Assembly: GCA_036479435.1 (NCBI GenBank)
Contig: JAZGFI010000170.1
Location: 66,437 to 130,436 of the forward strand
DNA length: 64,000 nt
From: Planctomycetota bacterium
GTDB taxonomy: Bacteria > Planctomycetota > GCA-002687715 > DRQF01
Reading direction: 5' to 3'
A program made the position numbers and the translations under genes. Numbering within the stretch: the first letter of the stretch is position 1; every line of letters begins with the position of its first letter. Below are positions 21,087 through 31,718 of this stretch, piece after piece. The notes under the pieces are model-generated. The model saw only the letters and a program-made list of their open reading frames with translations. It had not been told where the DNA came from and made no database searches.

Positions 21087-23105
21087 TCAGGTCAGAAGCC
21101 GTTCACCAAGGCCGCTGCTGCGTTTCGAATCCCTTGACGCACCCTGTACCAAGACTTCCCATGATCCGTCGATCAAAAGACAACGCTTGGCTCGGGTCAG
21201 GGCTGTGTAAAGCAGTGATCTTTCCAAGCGGGCGTCGCCCTTGCCCTCGCCTTGGTCATGATCATAGTCCGGCAAGACGAAGAGGACGGTCTCGAACTCA
21301 GATCCTTGGCTTTTGTGAACGGTAGTTGCAAAAGAGGATTCGATGCGTCCGAGCAGAGTGTTCAGCGGGAAGTAAACGAGTCCTTCTAAGCGTTCGAAGA
21401 CGACATGGTGGTCACGGCCCTTGCTCATTGCCACCACCATGCCCTGGTCACCGTTGAAGAGTCCCTTTTGAGGATCGTTCCGGATGACCATGATCGGTTC
21501 GCCGGCCAAAAAACGCTCCGGTGTGGCATGGCCTTGCGTCATCCTGCGGGCCCAACCCTCACGGAGCGACGCATTGATGCGAAGCGTTCCCAGACGCGCC
21601 ACACGCGTGGTTGAAAGTACGCGGCACGAAGCATGACGGCGTAAGCCCTCACGAACTGAAATTTCGTCGAGTTCATGGGGCTGGAACGCGTTGAGGCTCC
21701 GCCAGATTTGGGACTCGCCACTCCAGCCGAGGGCCTCATCGAACCACGCGTCCCTCCAGTGCGCCGCTTCCCTTTTCCCCTTCGCGGCTAAGGCTAACCA
21801 CTCAATTCCCTGCCATTGCAGCATCGCCGGAGGCAGGGGTTTCAATCCCAAAAGATTGGCCTTAAGTCCTTCGCAATCTCCCTCGCGCACCAAGCCAGCG
21901 AGACGGATGAGATCACGTCCCGAGCTGTCACTCGCGTCCTGACGAAAATTCTCTTCGAGGCGTGCCACCGCCGGTGAGCCTTGGGAGTTGTCGCTTTCGG
22001 CCCGTCGCTCGCAGTGGCTGACCAGCTCCTCAAAGACTCGGCCCGACTCGACGGCGGGTAACTGTGCTGTATCGCCAAGAAGGATGAGGCGGGAGTCCGG
22101 CCGGAGCGCGTCCAGCAGGCGCTCCATGATTCTCAAGTCGATCATCGACGCCTCGTCGACGATCACCAGCTTGGCTTCGATGGGGTGTTGGCGGTGATGC
22201 CGAAAGCGATCTTGCCTAGGGTCGTAACCCAAAAGGCGGTGCAAGGTCTTCGCCTTGAAGGAAGGTGGCGCGTCGGCGGCCTTAGCGACGAGTTTTCCTA
22301 TCGACTCCTCAAGGCGATAAGCGGCTTTGCCGGTCGGGGCCGCCAGGGCGATCTCGTTTGCCTCGATTCCGACTTCTTGAGCTCTGTGCAAAAGCGCCGC
22401 GACTAAGGTCGTCTTGCCCGTACCAGGCCCACCGGAAATCGCAAACAAGGGCCGACGCAGGGCCGCCTCAATGGCGGTCTGCTGAGTGTCACTCAAGGCC
22501 ATTTCGACGGAAGGCAGGGCTTGCGCGTTGGCCGCGGGAGTCGAGACCATTAGGTCGTCAGCCGCTAGCCGTTCAACCATGAGCGAGGCCAAGGAAACCT
22601 CAAGTTGCTGATCGCTTTGGCGATAGAGATAGTCCCCTTCGCAAACAAGGGGCTTTGCGGCCAGATCCTTCGCGCCAATGCCGTCGCGGGCGCTCCCAAT
22701 GACTCGATCGAAGGTGCCGTCATCAAGCCGGATCGCAACATGATCGTAGTCGTCAAAGGCCTCAATCTTTGCCTCAGTGCTGGCGGCCGCTTCCAAATCC
22801 CGCCACAGCATCTGAAGGTCTGAACTCAATTCGGCGCTGCCGCCCCGCTGAACATCGCTGCGAAAACAAAGCCGTGTACTGCCGCGGCGCGTCACGGCGA
22901 GCAAGCTCAGGACCAAGACGAATAAGGCCCTTTGGTCGCGCGACTCGGGCAACGATGCCATGTCGACGATCTCAAGCACGAGTTGAACGAGGTCTTCGTC
23001 GAGATTACTAGCCGCGAAGCCGGGGCGAAGGCTCGCTAACCAGATCCGGTCCGAGTTCATCGCATCGGAACCGAGGAGCGTTTGCCAAGTGGAAGGGGCG
23101 GCCAT
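21087..23105 (-). CDS. recD: Exodeoxyribonuclease V alpha subunit
   Basis: GGPGTGKTT, APTGKAA, TLHRLLG, DEASM, TVHKSQGSEF, LYTALTRAK; start 23105 or 23060. Confidence 0.92.
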   Translation of the reverse strand: MAAPSTWQTLLGSDAMNSDRIWLASLRPGFAASNLDEDLVQLVLEIVDMASLPESRDQRALFVLVLSLLAVTRRGSTRLCFRSDVQRGGSAELSSDLQMLWRDLEAAASTEAKIEAFDDYDHVAIRLDDGTFDRVIGSARDGIGAKDLAAKPLVCEGDYLYRQSDQQLEVSLASLMVERLAADDLMVSTPAANAQALPSVEMALSDTQQTAIEAALRRPLFAISGGPGTGKTTLVAALLHRAQEVGIEANEIALAAPTGKAAYRLEESIGKLVAKAADAPPSFKAKTLHRLLGYDPRQDRFRHHRQHPIEAKLVIVDEASMIDLRIMERLLDALRPDSRLILLGDTAQLPAVESGRVFEELVSHCERRAESDNSQGSPAVARLEENFRQDASDSSGRDLIRLAGLVREGDCEGLKANLLGLKPLPPAMLQWQGIEWLALAAKGKREAAHWRDAWFDEALGWSGESQIWRSLNAFQPHELDEISVREGLRRHASCRVLSTTRVARLGTLRINASLREGWARRMTQGHATPERFLAGEPIMVIRNDPQKGLFNGDQGMVVAMSKGRDHHVVFERLEGLVYFPLNTLLGRIESSFATTVHKSQGSEFETVLFVLPDYDHDQGEGKGDARLERSLLYTALTRAKRCLLIDGSWEVLVQGASRDSKRSSGLGERLLT

Positions 23106-23106
23106 C

Positions 23107-26100
23107 TTAGATCGATTCCTTTCCACCGACCAAATTCTCGATGTCTTCGGCCCAGGAGGTGGCGGTTTCAAACGAGGGGCGATCAAACCAGATGCCAGAC
23201 TCGGGCGCGCCGGGATCGAGCCCCGCGCCGCGCAGAAAGACGTAGACCAGACCCCCGAACTTCTCCTCGTACTGACTTGCATTTTCAATCTTCAGCAATC
23301 GTAGGGTCGCATGGCCATAGATCTTGGCTTGGAGGGCATAGTTGTCGGCGATGACACGGTCGAGCGCCGGCGGGCTGTAGTCTTCAAGGTAATCACTTTT
23401 CCAGTCAACGATGAACCAACGACCCTCGTGCTCTAAGACGACGTCGATGTATCCCCGTAGAAAAGCCAAAGGCTCGGTCGAAGATTGGTCTCGCCGATCG
23501 AGCGTGAGGCTAAAGTCGAGTTCCTTAGCGACAACCTGCATGCCACCAATGAGGGGCGGGGAGTCAAAAGCGGCGGGATCGCCAACGGCAAGGGGGCAGT
23601 TCAAGACGCGATGAAGGAGCTCAATAGCGGGGGTCACGACGCTGGCATCCAAGGAGTACTGTCTTGCGCGTCGTTCGGCATGGCGGCGAAGAGCATCGTC
23701 GCTTTCTAGCTCAGCGGCGCTTGAGGCCGCGATGACATCGTCAAAACCCCAGTCTTCAAAAAGAGCGTGTAAGAACAATCCCGTGAGACGGCCGGGAGGA
23801 AGATCGATCTTTCTGCCATCCGGCTTCCTAACCAGGGGTCTCGGGGCTGGCGCGCCGGTCAATTCCGCCTGGCGTTTCAAGCTCGAATAAGATTCGAGCG
23901 CAAGGCTTTCATGGCGGCGTCGCAAGTTCGAGAAGCGTTGAGCAAGACCGGTGGCCGATTCCGCTTTTACCGTCGCTGGCGGCGTCCACTGCGACCAATC
24001 CGTGGGGGTGACCTGGTCCTCAATCCGCTCGTGCACATCGACCTCGGCGATTTCCCAAAGGTCAGGTTGGGATTTCGCCTTTGGGCCGAGCGCCATTGCA
24101 TCGAGGCGGTCGGCGACGTACTGGTAGTGACCCAGTTTCTTTGCGCTTTCTAGATCCTCCCACCACGGCAAGTAAAGACGGCACTGCGCTCGGGTGAGGC
24201 CAACGTAAAAAAGGCGCTCTGACTCTTGGCGTTCGCTCTCATCGAGGGCTAAAGCCTGCCGGCTCGACAAGTCTGAGCGCTTGCCGACGACGATGCGCCG
24301 CTTGCCGGCGAAGTCGAAGGTCTGGGCGGGGCTCTTGAAGCTCCCGGAAAACAAGTCAAAGAAAAACACGACAGGAGCTTCAAGGCCCTTACTTTTGTGC
24401 ATCGTCATGATGTTCACGGCGGAGGCTGCGACGGCATGGGGCTGGGTGTTGTCGACGCTTTCCACAGGATGTGCTTCGCCCTGCGTGAATCGGCGCAGCT
24501 GGTATAGAAGGGTCGCAGAATCCCAGTCGCCGTTGAGCGACTCCTTGGTCAAGACTTCGAAAACGCGGCGGTAGATGGAAAGCGAAGCCCCTTCGCGGCC
24601 TTCTAAGATCAGCCGAGGAAAAAGCGCGGAATCCTCCAAGATGGCGGCCACGAGCGCTGCGAATCCTCGCTCTTCATAACGCTGCGACCAGTGTGAAATG
24701 AGAGGCCAGGCGGAGCTTGTGCCGCCACCGGCTCGATGCCGGTCCAGATCTTCGATAGCACCGTTTAGGAATTCTCCGGTCGCCGCGCGCAGAAGCTTGG
24801 CCTCATCTTGCGGGGCAAAGATCGCCTCTAAAAGATCGAGGACTTCGAGGGCGTCGGGGCTTTCGAACAGGGCCTGGTCTGAGCTGATAACCCAAGGAAT
24901 CCCGGTCTCATCGAGGATCGCGGCCATCTGTTTGGCGCGCGCATTGGTGCGAACCAAGATCTGGATGTCGCCAGCAACGAGGTGGCGACCGCCCTCCGCT
25001 GGGTCTCCGATCGAAGCGGGGCTTTGGCGGCGGCTTGGTCCCAATAGCCCTGTGATTTCGCGACCAATGTAGTGGCCGAGGCAGTCGAGCGGGTCGAGCG
25101 TCGCGTCATCCATGCGGATCAAGCAACAGGCGCTCATGGTTTTGTCGTCTCGACAAAGGCTTTTGGTTCGCGCCGCCGATTCCAGGGCTTTCGGGTACTG
25201 GATGGCACCGCTAAAAAAGGGCTTCGCCACCCCTTGGTCAAAAATCGCGTTGAGCACCTCAACGAGCTGGGGCTGAGAACGAAAGTTTTGGCCGAGGCCC
25301 GCGACGGGGAAACCATCGCTGGAAAAAGTCTCACGCGCTTTGAGGTAGGTGGCGACGTCGGCGCCTCGAAAGCCGTAGATGGCTTGTTTGGGATCGCCCA
25401 CCGCGTGAAGAACGTGCGCTTTGTTTGAATCGTAGAAGATCGTTTTGAAGAGTCCCCATTGCGTCGCATCGGTGTCTTGGAATTCATCAATCAAGACCTG
25501 GCGGAAGCGCTGCCGAAGGGTTTTCACCAGGCTGCCATCGGGTTGAACGGCGACGATGTCGGCCACCGCCTGAATCATGTCGTCAAAATCATATTGGCCC
25601 CGGCTTCGCTTTTGATCGCGAAACTCGGCTTCGACCTCGAGCATGAGTTTTTCTGCGTCATAGGTTCGGGGAGGAACGAGCCAGTCTCGAAACTCAGCGA
25701 CGCGCCCCAAAAGATCGCTGAACTCCGTGTCTGATTTGTAGTTGGCGAGGTAGTTGAAGTTTTCGAATAACTCCAACGGTGCCGGCTTGCCAAGGTCAAT
25801 TCCGGCGTCGGCTTCACCACGCGACTTTTCCAACTCACTTTGAGCCCAGATCCCAATCGCGGCCCGTTTGCCGTCGAGGGTCTTGGCTTGCTTTTTTTTG
25901 TCGAAGGCGTCAACCAGGTCCGCCGTGTCGGCGGACAGCAACTGCGGACAGTCTTCGAGCAGAAATCGCTCTTTGATTTCAGCAAATTCAGTGGCGGCAA
26001 AACCATACTCACCGCGTTTGCCGCGGAGAGCTTCCAGAGTTTCCAGGAGGGTCGAAAGCGTGAGGTCGGCCTTGAGACCCCGCAAGGCATTTTCTAAGTC

Positions 26101-26595
26101 CTTGTCGATAGTGATGCGGCTTCGAAGTGCTTCGAGCGAGGCTTCAGCAAATGCGGCCGGGCCGTCCACGATCTCTTGTTCCAAAGGCCGGTCGCCGGAA
26201 AAGGCCAGTTCAGTGAGAACGCCCTGGCAAAAAGAGTGCATCGTCTTGATGTTGGCGGTTTCGAACTCACCAAGCGCATCGCGAATCCGAGCCCGCGCGG
26301 CGTTGTCGATGGTCCAAGCATCGGCGTCCGTGGGCGGCTCGGCGCTGGTTGAAACTCCGCTCAAGACTTCTTCAAGAAAGCTGCGGATCTCACTCTTCAT
26401 TTCCGCCGTCGCTTTTTCGGTAAAGGTGACGACGAGGATCTCAGAAATGCGGCAGCCCTTTTCTAGTAAAGCCGCCAAAAGAATGTGCTTCAGGGTGTAG
26501 GTCTTTCCCGTCCCCGCCGACGCTTCGATCATGCCGTGACGGTCCATTTGGAAGTCGGCGAAGACGCGCGGTTTTTTCAGGTAGCGAACCGTCAT
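23107..26595 (-). CDS. recB: Exodeoxyribonuclease V beta subunit
   Basis: EASAGTGKT, DEFQDTD, GDPKQAIYGFRGAD, TMHKSKGLE, nuclease motif GYIDVV...IVDWKSD. Confidence 0.93.
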   Translation of the reverse strand: MTVRYLKKPRVFADFQMDRHGMIEASAGTGKTYTLKHILLAALLEKGCRISEILVVTFTEKATAEMKSEIRSFLEEVLSGVSTSAEPPTDADAWTIDNAARARIRDALGEFETANIKTMHSFCQGVLTELAFSGDRPLEQEIVDGPAAFAEASLEALRSRITIDKDLENALRGLKADLTLSTLLETLEALRGKRGEYGFAATEFAEIKERFLLEDCPQLLSADTADLVDAFDKKKQAKTLDGKRAAIGIWAQSELEKSRGEADAGIDLGKPAPLELFENFNYLANYKSDTEFSDLLGRVAEFRDWLVPPRTYDAEKLMLEVEAEFRDQKRSRGQYDFDDMIQAVADIVAVQPDGSLVKTLRQRFRQVLIDEFQDTDATQWGLFKTIFYDSNKAHVLHAVGDPKQAIYGFRGADVATYLKARETFSSDGFPVAGLGQNFRSQPQLVEVLNAIFDQGVAKPFFSGAIQYPKALESAARTKSLCRDDKTMSACCLIRMDDATLDPLDCLGHYIGREITGLLGPSRRQSPASIGDPAEGGRHLVAGDIQILVRTNARAKQMAAILDETGIPWVISSDQALFESPDALEVLDLLEAIFAPQDEAKLLRAATGEFLNGAIEDLDRHRAGGGTSSAWPLISHWSQRYEERGFAALVAAILEDSALFPRLILEGREGASLSIYRRVFEVLTKESLNGDWDSATLLYQLRRFTQGEAHPVESVDNTQPHAVAASAVNIMTMHKSKGLEAPVVFFFDLFSGSFKSPAQTFDFAGKRRIVVGKRSDLSSRQALALDESERQESERLFYVGLTRAQCRLYLPWWEDLESAKKLGHYQYVADRLDAMALGPKAKSQPDLWEIAEVDVHERIEDQVTPTDWSQWTPPATVKAESATGLAQRFSNLRRRHESLALESYSSLKRQAELTGAPAPRPLVRKPDGRKIDLPPGRLTGLFLHALFEDWGFDDVIAASSAAELESDDALRRHAERRARQYSLDASVVTPAIELLHRVLNCPLAVGDPAAFDSPPLIGGMQVVAKELDFSLTLDRRDQSSTEPLAFLRGYIDVVLEHEGRWFIVDWKSDYLEDYSPPALDRVIADNYALQAKIYGHATLRLLKIENASQYEEKFGGLVYVFLRGAGLDPGAPESGIWFDRPSFETATSWAEDIENLVGGKESI

Positions 26596-29500
26596 TTCTT
26601 TTTCGCCTTCGTCTTTGCCTTTGCTTGGGGCTGGAGGCCATCAAAGCGTCGTTTCGCGATGCGTTCGAGGTAATCTATCGAGGGTAGGGGATAGGCTTCG
26701 GGATGACGGATCGCCCCGAAGCTGACCTGGTCGGCGTTCGCGGCGAGGTTGATTTCGACCTCTAAGGCCGATCTTAAGGACTCGATGTCCTCATCTTGTT
26801 TGCGCAGCAAAAAGGGCTTTCCGGGCGCGAAAACACAGTCTTCGTCGAACAGCAGGTCTTCGGTCCAGCGGCGGAGCTGCTCTCGGGCCGAATCGCGATC
26901 GAGCCGAATCGTCGCTCTGACTTTGGCCGACCTCGCCTTGCCTTGAAGACAAATAAGCTCGTACTCCATCGGCGGGAACAGATCGGAAGCGGCGAGAAGG
27001 TGTGCGTCGACAAATCCCCTAAGCAGGGGCCGGACGATGTTGTCACTCGCCGCCAAGACGACCACTTGCCCCTGGCTGGACAAAAAACAGGATGTTGTGC
27101 CGTGCAATCGAATTCGAATGGGAGCGGCCACCCCTTCGTCGAGCACCGGGGGAAGGGCGTCGAACTCGATGGCGTCCATGATTTGAACTTCGGATTCGCT
27201 TTCTTCGCCGCGCCCAAAACGGAGGCGTTGGAGTTGCGGTACGATCCCGGTCTTAGCTAGCTGCCGAGTCCATTCGCTCAAGACCTTCCGCTGCTTTTGC
27301 TGTTCGAACTCCTCGAACAGGCCGTGGGGCCATCGGGATTGAAGCCTCGCCAGCTCGACTTTCGATTTGTAGATCTGGTCAAGGTCGCCACTGTCTTTCA
27401 GGAGCCAGTCTTGAAAGCTCGCCCGCAAGATGACGCTTGATTCGAGACCACCCGCTTGGAAGGCCTCATCGACGACTTCTGCGGCCGATTCCGACTCGAC
27501 TCGTTCTAAGCCCAAGATGTACTCAGCTCGGGTCTGCAGCGGGTCGACGAGGAAGTTCGCAAGCTTCGAAGTAGAGAGTTCGAGATGCTCCGGCCAGGGG
27601 GTCGATGCGGACCCCTGCGGTGAAAAAAGCCGCGGCAACAGCAGTTGCGGCAAGTCACTTTCGCGCCCAAGGCCCAGGGCTTTTATGAGATCGTCTGCAC
27701 CAGGCAGTTCTTGGCCCGGTGCCAAGAACGCTTCCAGGCTCGCGCGCAGCTCTCGCGCGCGCTGTTCGCTACGGCGGGCTCTGGAGAAGGTCCAAGAGGC
27801 CCGCGATGATTCAAGTGGAGCCTTTGGCGAGGAAGAGTCTGGCTCTTCGGCCCTCAGGGAGCTGTTCCAAGCTTCAAGTTGGCGAATGACTAAGGACGCA
27901 GGCTGCGGGTCGCCGGTCCCAGCGTGTCGATTCGAAAAGGAAAACCGCAAGTAGTCCCGAGTTGAGAGCACAGCTTCGGCGAGACCGGCGAGGTCACGTT
28001 GGCGAGCATTGAGGTCGCGCTCTCTTCCGCTTAGTTGTAAAAGGTCCAAGGCGTCATGAGGGTCGCTATCTGGAAACCGGTTTGCGTCGAGCCCTAAGAT
28101 GGCGAGGTAACGAAAGGACCGACCTCGCACCGCTGACAAAGCGGACAAGGTGATGCCGCGTCGACGACCTGAATTGGTCGCGGTCGAATCCACGTTGCCG
28201 CTCAATGAATGCAGAGAAAACTGTAGTGCCTGCTGGTAGCTCAATCCATCGGCGGGGGCGGTCTCATCGAGTTGAGCCAGCTGACCGAGCGCCTCGACGA
28301 CACGCCCGAAGGCCTCCTCTTCGGCCTTAGTCTGAGCTTTGAGGAAAGCTCTCACGGCGAGTTGGAACTGGCAAGCCCATTCTGAAGGCGAGCGCCGGCG
28401 GCCTTGCCAGTCGCGGCCCATCTCAGCCAGCGATCGCACGAGGCGCAGCAAAAGGCCCGCCCGGTTTTGATCTTCGCCGCGGGTTTCCAAGGCCGCATAG
28501 CTTGCGAGCTCTCCCTCAAAAACTGGAGACACGCCCGAAACGGCGGCCGTCATGAAGGCGCCCAAAGCGAGCCGCTTCAAGCCTTGATCCCAATGAAAGC
28601 GCTCGACATCCAAGTAGGAATCTATCTGGTCTTTGGAGTCATAGCCTCGGGTGATGTCCAGGTCTTCGCAGAACTGGGTCCACAGTTTTGGGTCGGCTTC
28701 GGGAAACCGGGCTCGGAAGCAGGGCTCGCGAAATAGGGTCAAGACGCCGCGGCGATCCAAAGGAGCGGCGGCCATCTCGATCAAGCGGCTTGCGGCCCGC
28801 TGAACCGGCCCGGATGTCTGGGCCGTCGCTCTCGAGTAGGGCAGGGGTGGTGAGCCTCTACTCTCGAGAGCTTGAATGAGGGCGGCTTCGTAGGGCCCAG
28901 ATCCGGAGTTGGCCCACACCAGAGCGCAATCCGAAAATCGAACTGGACTGTCCGCAGCCTCTTGCCCCTCAAGGCAAGCAAAGAGTTCGTCGACCGCGCG
29001 TTCTGCTTCGGCGGCGACGTCAGTTTCAGAAAAGATCTCGAAAGAAGGCGGTCTCGCTTCCGCGTCGTCTTGAGCCAGATCGGTGTTCGCGGCATCAAAG
29101 GCCAGGCCGAGTCGCATCGCCGCCAAGGGGCCATCGTCATCGCGAAGATCGGGGAGATCTTCCAAAGTTGTCGTCGGCAATGCCAACAGCTCGGCGAGGC
29201 TCTCCGACTGCGAACGCGTCCACTCGGCCACCGGATTCAACGATTCAGAAGCCTCCGTCAATTCGGGGGCCAAAAGGTACAAGAACAAATGTTGCGATGA
29301 GGCGAGGGCGGTGAGGGCCCGGCGGTATCCCGGTCCCAGGTGCCCGATGCCAAAAAGGTGCCAAGGCAGCGTTGAGGCTTGGGCCGAAAAGCTCGCGTTG
29401 AACAACTCCGACAAAAAAAAGTTCCCCTGGCCCGCCGCCGCCAGGGCCCCCTCATCGCCCAGCAGCCGTGCAAACACTCGGGCTTGCCAGGCCTCAGTAT

Positions 29501-29984
29501 CATCTTGAGTCTCTCGTTTTCCCCGCCTCCAAACTTCCAGCATCTCCGGTCGCTGGAGGCTGTATTCTTCGAAGAGCCGCGCGAGCTTGCCGCCGAGTTG
29601 GAACGCGCGCGTTTCACGCTCTCGATCATCTGCTGCGCCTTCGAGATAACGTCGAGGAATCTCGAGCCCCGCCGCCTGCATCTTTGCCGCATCGCCAAGG
29701 AGGCTGATCGCCGCCATTTGCAAGTGGTTCATGTCGACGACGTCGTCCGACCTAACGTCGCCCCCAAGACGCTGCCTGAGACCGCGCTCAAACCAGGTCA
29801 TCTCCAGGCCCGCCAAGATCCCCAGCTTCTCGGCGAGAGCGGGGCGCAACCACTCTTCGACGGCGGCATTGGGAACCGAGATCTCGACGGCGGCGAGAGG
29901 GTCGTCCATCCGCGCCGCGCGCAAGTGAGCCGCCAAGGCTGCGAGCAATGACTGCGGATCGGCTGATCGGTAAATATTAAGCAA
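26592..29984 (-). CDS. recC: Exodeoxyribonuclease V gamma subunit
   Basis: DPLAAVEISVPN..WLR..LA..GI, LARLFEEY, WDQGLKRLALG, LANFLVDP; ATGA overlap with recB; TTG start inferred. Confidence 0.88.
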   Translation of the reverse strand: MLNIYRSADPQSLLAALAAHLRAARMDDPLAAVEISVPNAAVEEWLRPALAEKLGILAGLEMTWFERGLRQRLGGDVRSDDVVDMNHLQMAAISLLGDAAKMQAAGLEIPRRYLEGAADDRERETRAFQLGGKLARLFEEYSLQRPEMLEVWRRGKRETQDDTEAWQARVFARLLGDEGALAAAGQGNFFLSELFNASFSAQASTLPWHLFGIGHLGPGYRRALTALASSQHLFLYLLAPELTEASESLNPVAEWTRSQSESLAELLALPTTTLEDLPDLRDDDGPLAAMRLGLAFDAANTDLAQDDAEARPPSFEIFSETDVAAEAERAVDELFACLEGQEAADSPVRFSDCALVWANSGSGPYEAALIQALESRGSPPLPYSRATAQTSGPVQRAASRLIEMAAAPLDRRGVLTLFREPCFRARFPEADPKLWTQFCEDLDITRGYDSKDQIDSYLDVERFHWDQGLKRLALGAFMTAAVSGVSPVFEGELASYAALETRGEDQNRAGLLLRLVRSLAEMGRDWQGRRRSPSEWACQFQLAVRAFLKAQTKAEEEAFGRVVEALGQLAQLDETAPADGLSYQQALQFSLHSLSGNVDSTATNSGRRRGITLSALSAVRGRSFRYLAILGLDANRFPDSDPHDALDLLQLSGRERDLNARQRDLAGLAEAVLSTRDYLRFSFSNRHAGTGDPQPASLVIRQLEAWNSSLRAEEPDSSSPKAPLESSRASWTFSRARRSEQRARELRASLEAFLAPGQELPGADDLIKALGLGRESDLPQLLLPRLFSPQGSASTPWPEHLELSTSKLANFLVDPLQTRAEYILGLERVESESAAEVVDEAFQAGGLESSVILRASFQDWLLKDSGDLDQIYKSKVELARLQSRWPHGLFEEFEQQKQRKVLSEWTRQLAKTGIVPQLQRLRFGRGEESESEVQIMDAIEFDALPPVLDEGVAAPIRIRLHGTTSCFLSSQGQVVVLAASDNIVRPLLRGFVDAHLLAASDLFPPMEYELICLQGKARSAKVRATIRLDRDSAREQLRRWTEDLLFDEDCVFAPGKPFLLRKQDEDIESLRSALEVEINLAANADQVSFGAIRHPEAYPLPSIDYLERIAKRRFDGLQPQAKAKTKAKKK

Positions 29985-30133
29985 GACGCCTCGTCCTCTC
30001 AGAAACCAAACTCGGCCGCAGCACGAGGAAAGGCCGAGGAGATCGGCAACGACGACCTCCGTCAACGCTTAGCCGAGCGCAATCCGGGTGGCTGATGATA
30101 TCCAAGCGCCAGGACACATGCTAGACTGTGACC

Positions 30134-30829
30134 ATGTGCGGACGTTTCACTTTACAAAGCCCTTCGGATGCCTTAGCCGAGCTCTTCGAGTGGGGCCTCC
30201 CCGATGATCTAAGTCCCAGCTACAACGTGGCCCCAACGCAAGCGATCCCCGTCTTTCGCCAAAGCCCCCGCGACGCTTCGCCCGAAGTCATAAGGATGCG
30301 TTGGGGCCTGATCCCCTTTTTCGCCAAGGACTCCTGGGTCAGCAAGGGCGCGCCCATGATCAACGCCCGTTCAGAAACCGTCGCCGAAAAACCATTCTTC
30401 CGCCAGGCCTTCCGCCGCCGCCGTTGCCTCGTGCCAGCAGACGGATTTTTGGAATGGAAACGCATCGGCAAAACGAAGCAGCCCTACCACATCACCATGG
30501 CCGACGCGCGGCCCTTCGCGATGGCAGGCCTCTGGGAACAATGGCAAAGCCCCACCGGCGAACTCATCCAGTCCTGCACCATCTTGACGACGCCCGCCAA
30601 CGACTTGGTATCCCAAATCCACGACCGCATGCCCGCCATCCTTCACCCGCAAGACCACGAGTTATGGACGAACGTCAAAGTCCAAGATCGAAACCTCTTG
30701 CAACCCCTCCTCCAACCCTTCGACCCCGCCGCCATGACCATGCGACCCGTCTCAATGCGCGTCAACAACGCGCGCAACAACGTCCCCGAGTGCCTGGCTG
30801 ACCAAGCGCCACCAACGGTCGGCGGCTGA
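30134..30829 (+). CDS. SRAP/HMCES (YedK-like) abasic-site processing protein
   Basis: N-terminal MCGRF (catalytic Cys2), YNVAPTQ, INARSET, RCLVPADGFLEW, HDRMP. Confidence 0.95.
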   Translation: MCGRFTLQSPSDALAELFEWGLPDDLSPSYNVAPTQAIPVFRQSPRDASPEVIRMRWGLIPFFAKDSWVSKGAPMINARSETVAEKPFFRQAFRRRRCLVPADGFLEWKRIGKTKQPYHITMADARPFAMAGLWEQWQSPTGELIQSCTILTTPANDLVSQIHDRMPAILHPQDHELWTNVKVQDRNLLQPLLQPFDPAAMTMRPVSMRVNNARNNVPECLADQAPPTVGG

Positions 30830-31015
30830 CTGCGGTCATCCTCAGATGGTGCGGTGTCGATCGCAATAACAGTTCGCCGTGCAAACTCCCCTGACACGGC
30901 TGAAACGGCCAACTCATACGTGTTTATTGGTGAGAGCCGCTGCGGGCGAAGGAGAGAGCCATCCTCTTTCAGGTTGGCAGCGAAAGCTCTCTCCTGAGTC
31001 TTGCCGTGGAGCCAA

Positions 31016-31064
31016 GAGCGGGTGATGAGGCTCGAACTCACGACATTCAGCTTGGGAAGCTGAC
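31016..31064 (-). mobile_element. 3' fragment of tRNA-Gly(CCC), probable att site
   Basis: Minus strand: TCAGC-TTCCCAA-GCTGA anticodon arm, GTGAG-TTCGAGC-CTCAT T arm, CACCCGC acceptor 3' strand; D arm, 5' acceptor strand and CCA absent. Confidence 0.85.
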
Positions 31065-31187
31065 TCTGTTGATTGATGGCGTCGCGTTACTCATTACGAT
31101 GTCATTTGGATTACAACCCGACGTGGGCGTCGCGCAACTTCAGATCGGCGATGCGCTCTACAAATGGGTAATCGTGCCAAATCGTGC

Positions 31188-31718
31188 CTACTCAACGAGC
31201 CGATACCGACGAGCTCGCCCCTGTCCCAGGGGCTCAATTAGCTTCATCTCAACGAGTTGCGTCATGGTCCTCTTGAGGGTCCGGCTCGACACTTCGGCCG
31301 CAAGTTGCTCCTGGACCTCGCGCACAGCCAGTGAATCGCTACGCGAAAGGAGAGCCAAGGCTTCCCGTTGTAGTTCAGACAGGTTTTGCCCCACGCGCAA
31401 TGGTGGGCTGTAGCCCGCGGCAAAGAACGTCACGCAGACGAAACCGGCGGTTTCGGCGAAGTGAGGTTCTGGATGTCCGGCGGCAACACAAAGCTCGACA
31501 ATCTTTTGAGTACCTCGTCCCCATTTCTCGATGAGGCCAGCTCGGTAAAAAGTCTTCGCGATGAGGTCGTTTCGAGGCTTAGATAAGTGTTGCCTTTTCA
31601 AGTCCTGAACTCGAATTTCATCGGGTAGCGTTCCTGCGCTCCAGACCTCAAGGCGGTCGTCAAAAATAGCCACAGACACCGAACCGAAGTCTCCGTAATT
31701 CCGAGAGCACCGGGACCT
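31188..31718 (-). pseudogene. 5'-truncated HATPase_c_4 (RecG C-terminal-like) plus wHTH gene
   Basis: (C)SRNY..GSVSVAIFDDRLEV..G.LP, SKPRNDLIA, GLIEKWGRGT; N-terminal domains missing. Confidence 0.75.

Noticed and set aside
31016..31090. Functional tRNA-Gly gene
   Set aside because: No D arm, no GCGGGTG 5' acceptor strand and no CCA; treated as an att fragment
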